This document shows positions 62,965-64,000 of a stretch of DNA of 64,000 nucleotides, one piece after another. The stretch's first letter is position 1; every line of letters starts with the position of its first letter. The notes below the pieces were generated by a model, which worked only from the letters and a program-made list of their open reading frames with translations, did not search any database and was not told where the DNA came from. Origin of the DNA: Lama glama (lineage: Eukaryota); assembly GCA_028534125.1 (NCBI GenBank), contig CM052818.1, positions 1,242,001-1,306,000 of the forward strand, in the 5' to 3' direction. Position numbers and translations under genes: made by a program.

Positions 62965-63140
62965 AATGTTTTTTTCCTCTTTTTTTCTTTTTTCGCTGGG
63001 GGCAGGGGAGGCAATTAAGTTCCTTCCTTCCTTCCTTCCTTTCTTTCTTTTTTATTTCTTTCTTTCGTGGTGGAACTGAAGATTGAACCAAGGACCTTGT
63101 GCATGCAGGCAGGCACTCTACCACTGAGCTATACCCTCCT
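62965..63140 (-). mobile_element. tRNA-derived camelid SINE with internal (TTCC)n expansion
   Basis: + strand reads gattgaaccaaggacc...ctctaccactgagctataccctcc. Confidence 0.82.
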
Positions 63141-64000
63141 TCTTATAAAAATACTTATAATACTTTTACAGCATGATGGTAAGACCAGTGTCTTTGGAGC
63201 CATACAAACCTCATTTAGGCCCAGCACTGGGCTGGCTGTGTGACGCAGAGAAGTCTCTATAACCCCTCAGTGAGCCCTATGCATTGGATGGGAATAATAA
63301 TTGTTTCTCCTGCACAATAAGAGGTGAACTGAGACAATGATTGGCCCTGAGTCCTAGGTATATGGTGCTTGGTTGTTACAGAATATTGACACATGAGGAC
63401 AGAGAAATCAGGGTAGTTCCTCTTTGGTAGTCTTTTTTTTTTAAGTACACAATTTGAATTAATCAAAATGCTTGGTTTATAACGTGTGTTCATCACAGGT
63501 CATGGGACACGTAACACTATACTTCTGTTTTGGGATTGGATGTTTAGAGATTCAGTAATTTAAAATACTTCTAGGACTGAAAGAAAACAAGGCACACCCA
63601 CATGTACACACACATAAAGGTGTGCACACTTTCCACCTGGAAATCTTATTGTCTTGTTCTGGTCCTGCAGGAGGACCGTTCCCTGTCTCAGCTGGGCCAC
63701 GTGGGTGTGGGGACTTTGGGATTTTAAAAATTACTTTAGATCTTGTGGGAGCGAGCGCTAACCCACAAGGAATGGCGTATTGTGACTCTCCTTCAAGGGA
63801 CATGGTGGGTAAATCGAAGGGATGGAAAGGCTTAGAGCTTTTTGAAGGACAACGCAAGTAAGAGGTGTGTGTTTTGCATTTTCTCTTAGTGGACTTTGTC
63901 TGCTAGTTTTTTGAAAATAACTCTGCTCTTTTTTTCTAACTTATTTTCATAGTTATTTCTTTACTCATTTTTAAAGGACTTTTGGGTTTTTTTTTTAATT

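Overview
Mammalian genomic DNA, very likely camelid (camel/alpaca/llama), judged from eight tRNA-derived SINEs of the Vic-1 type and camelid-type L1 3' ends. It covers the SPR-EMX1 locus, with both genes on the minus strand. EMX1 is complete: three coding exons (17491-17905 or 18004, 11271-11455, 1584-1751), canonical GT-AG junctions, a CpG-island promoter and a poly(A) signal. Only the last coding exon of sepiapterin reductase (SPR, 44555-44745) is present. I could not find SPR exons 1-2, which most likely lie in the 500-N gap at 45408-45907. The rest is intronic or intergenic and rich in L1, SINE, MIR, LTR and DNA-transposon remnants. The main feature the ORF track does not reveal is a heavily decayed, MIR-interrupted copy of the ZMYM1-type hAT-transposase-derived region at about 30.9-32.65 kb. 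Also notable are a 139-bp local duplication with a hairpin junction, a long compound GAG/AAG tract in EMX1 intron 1, and a homeodomain/bHLH motif cluster that may be a forebrain enhancer. I found no evidence of an intact novel multi-gene system. Homology calls come from recalled reference sequences, not database searches.
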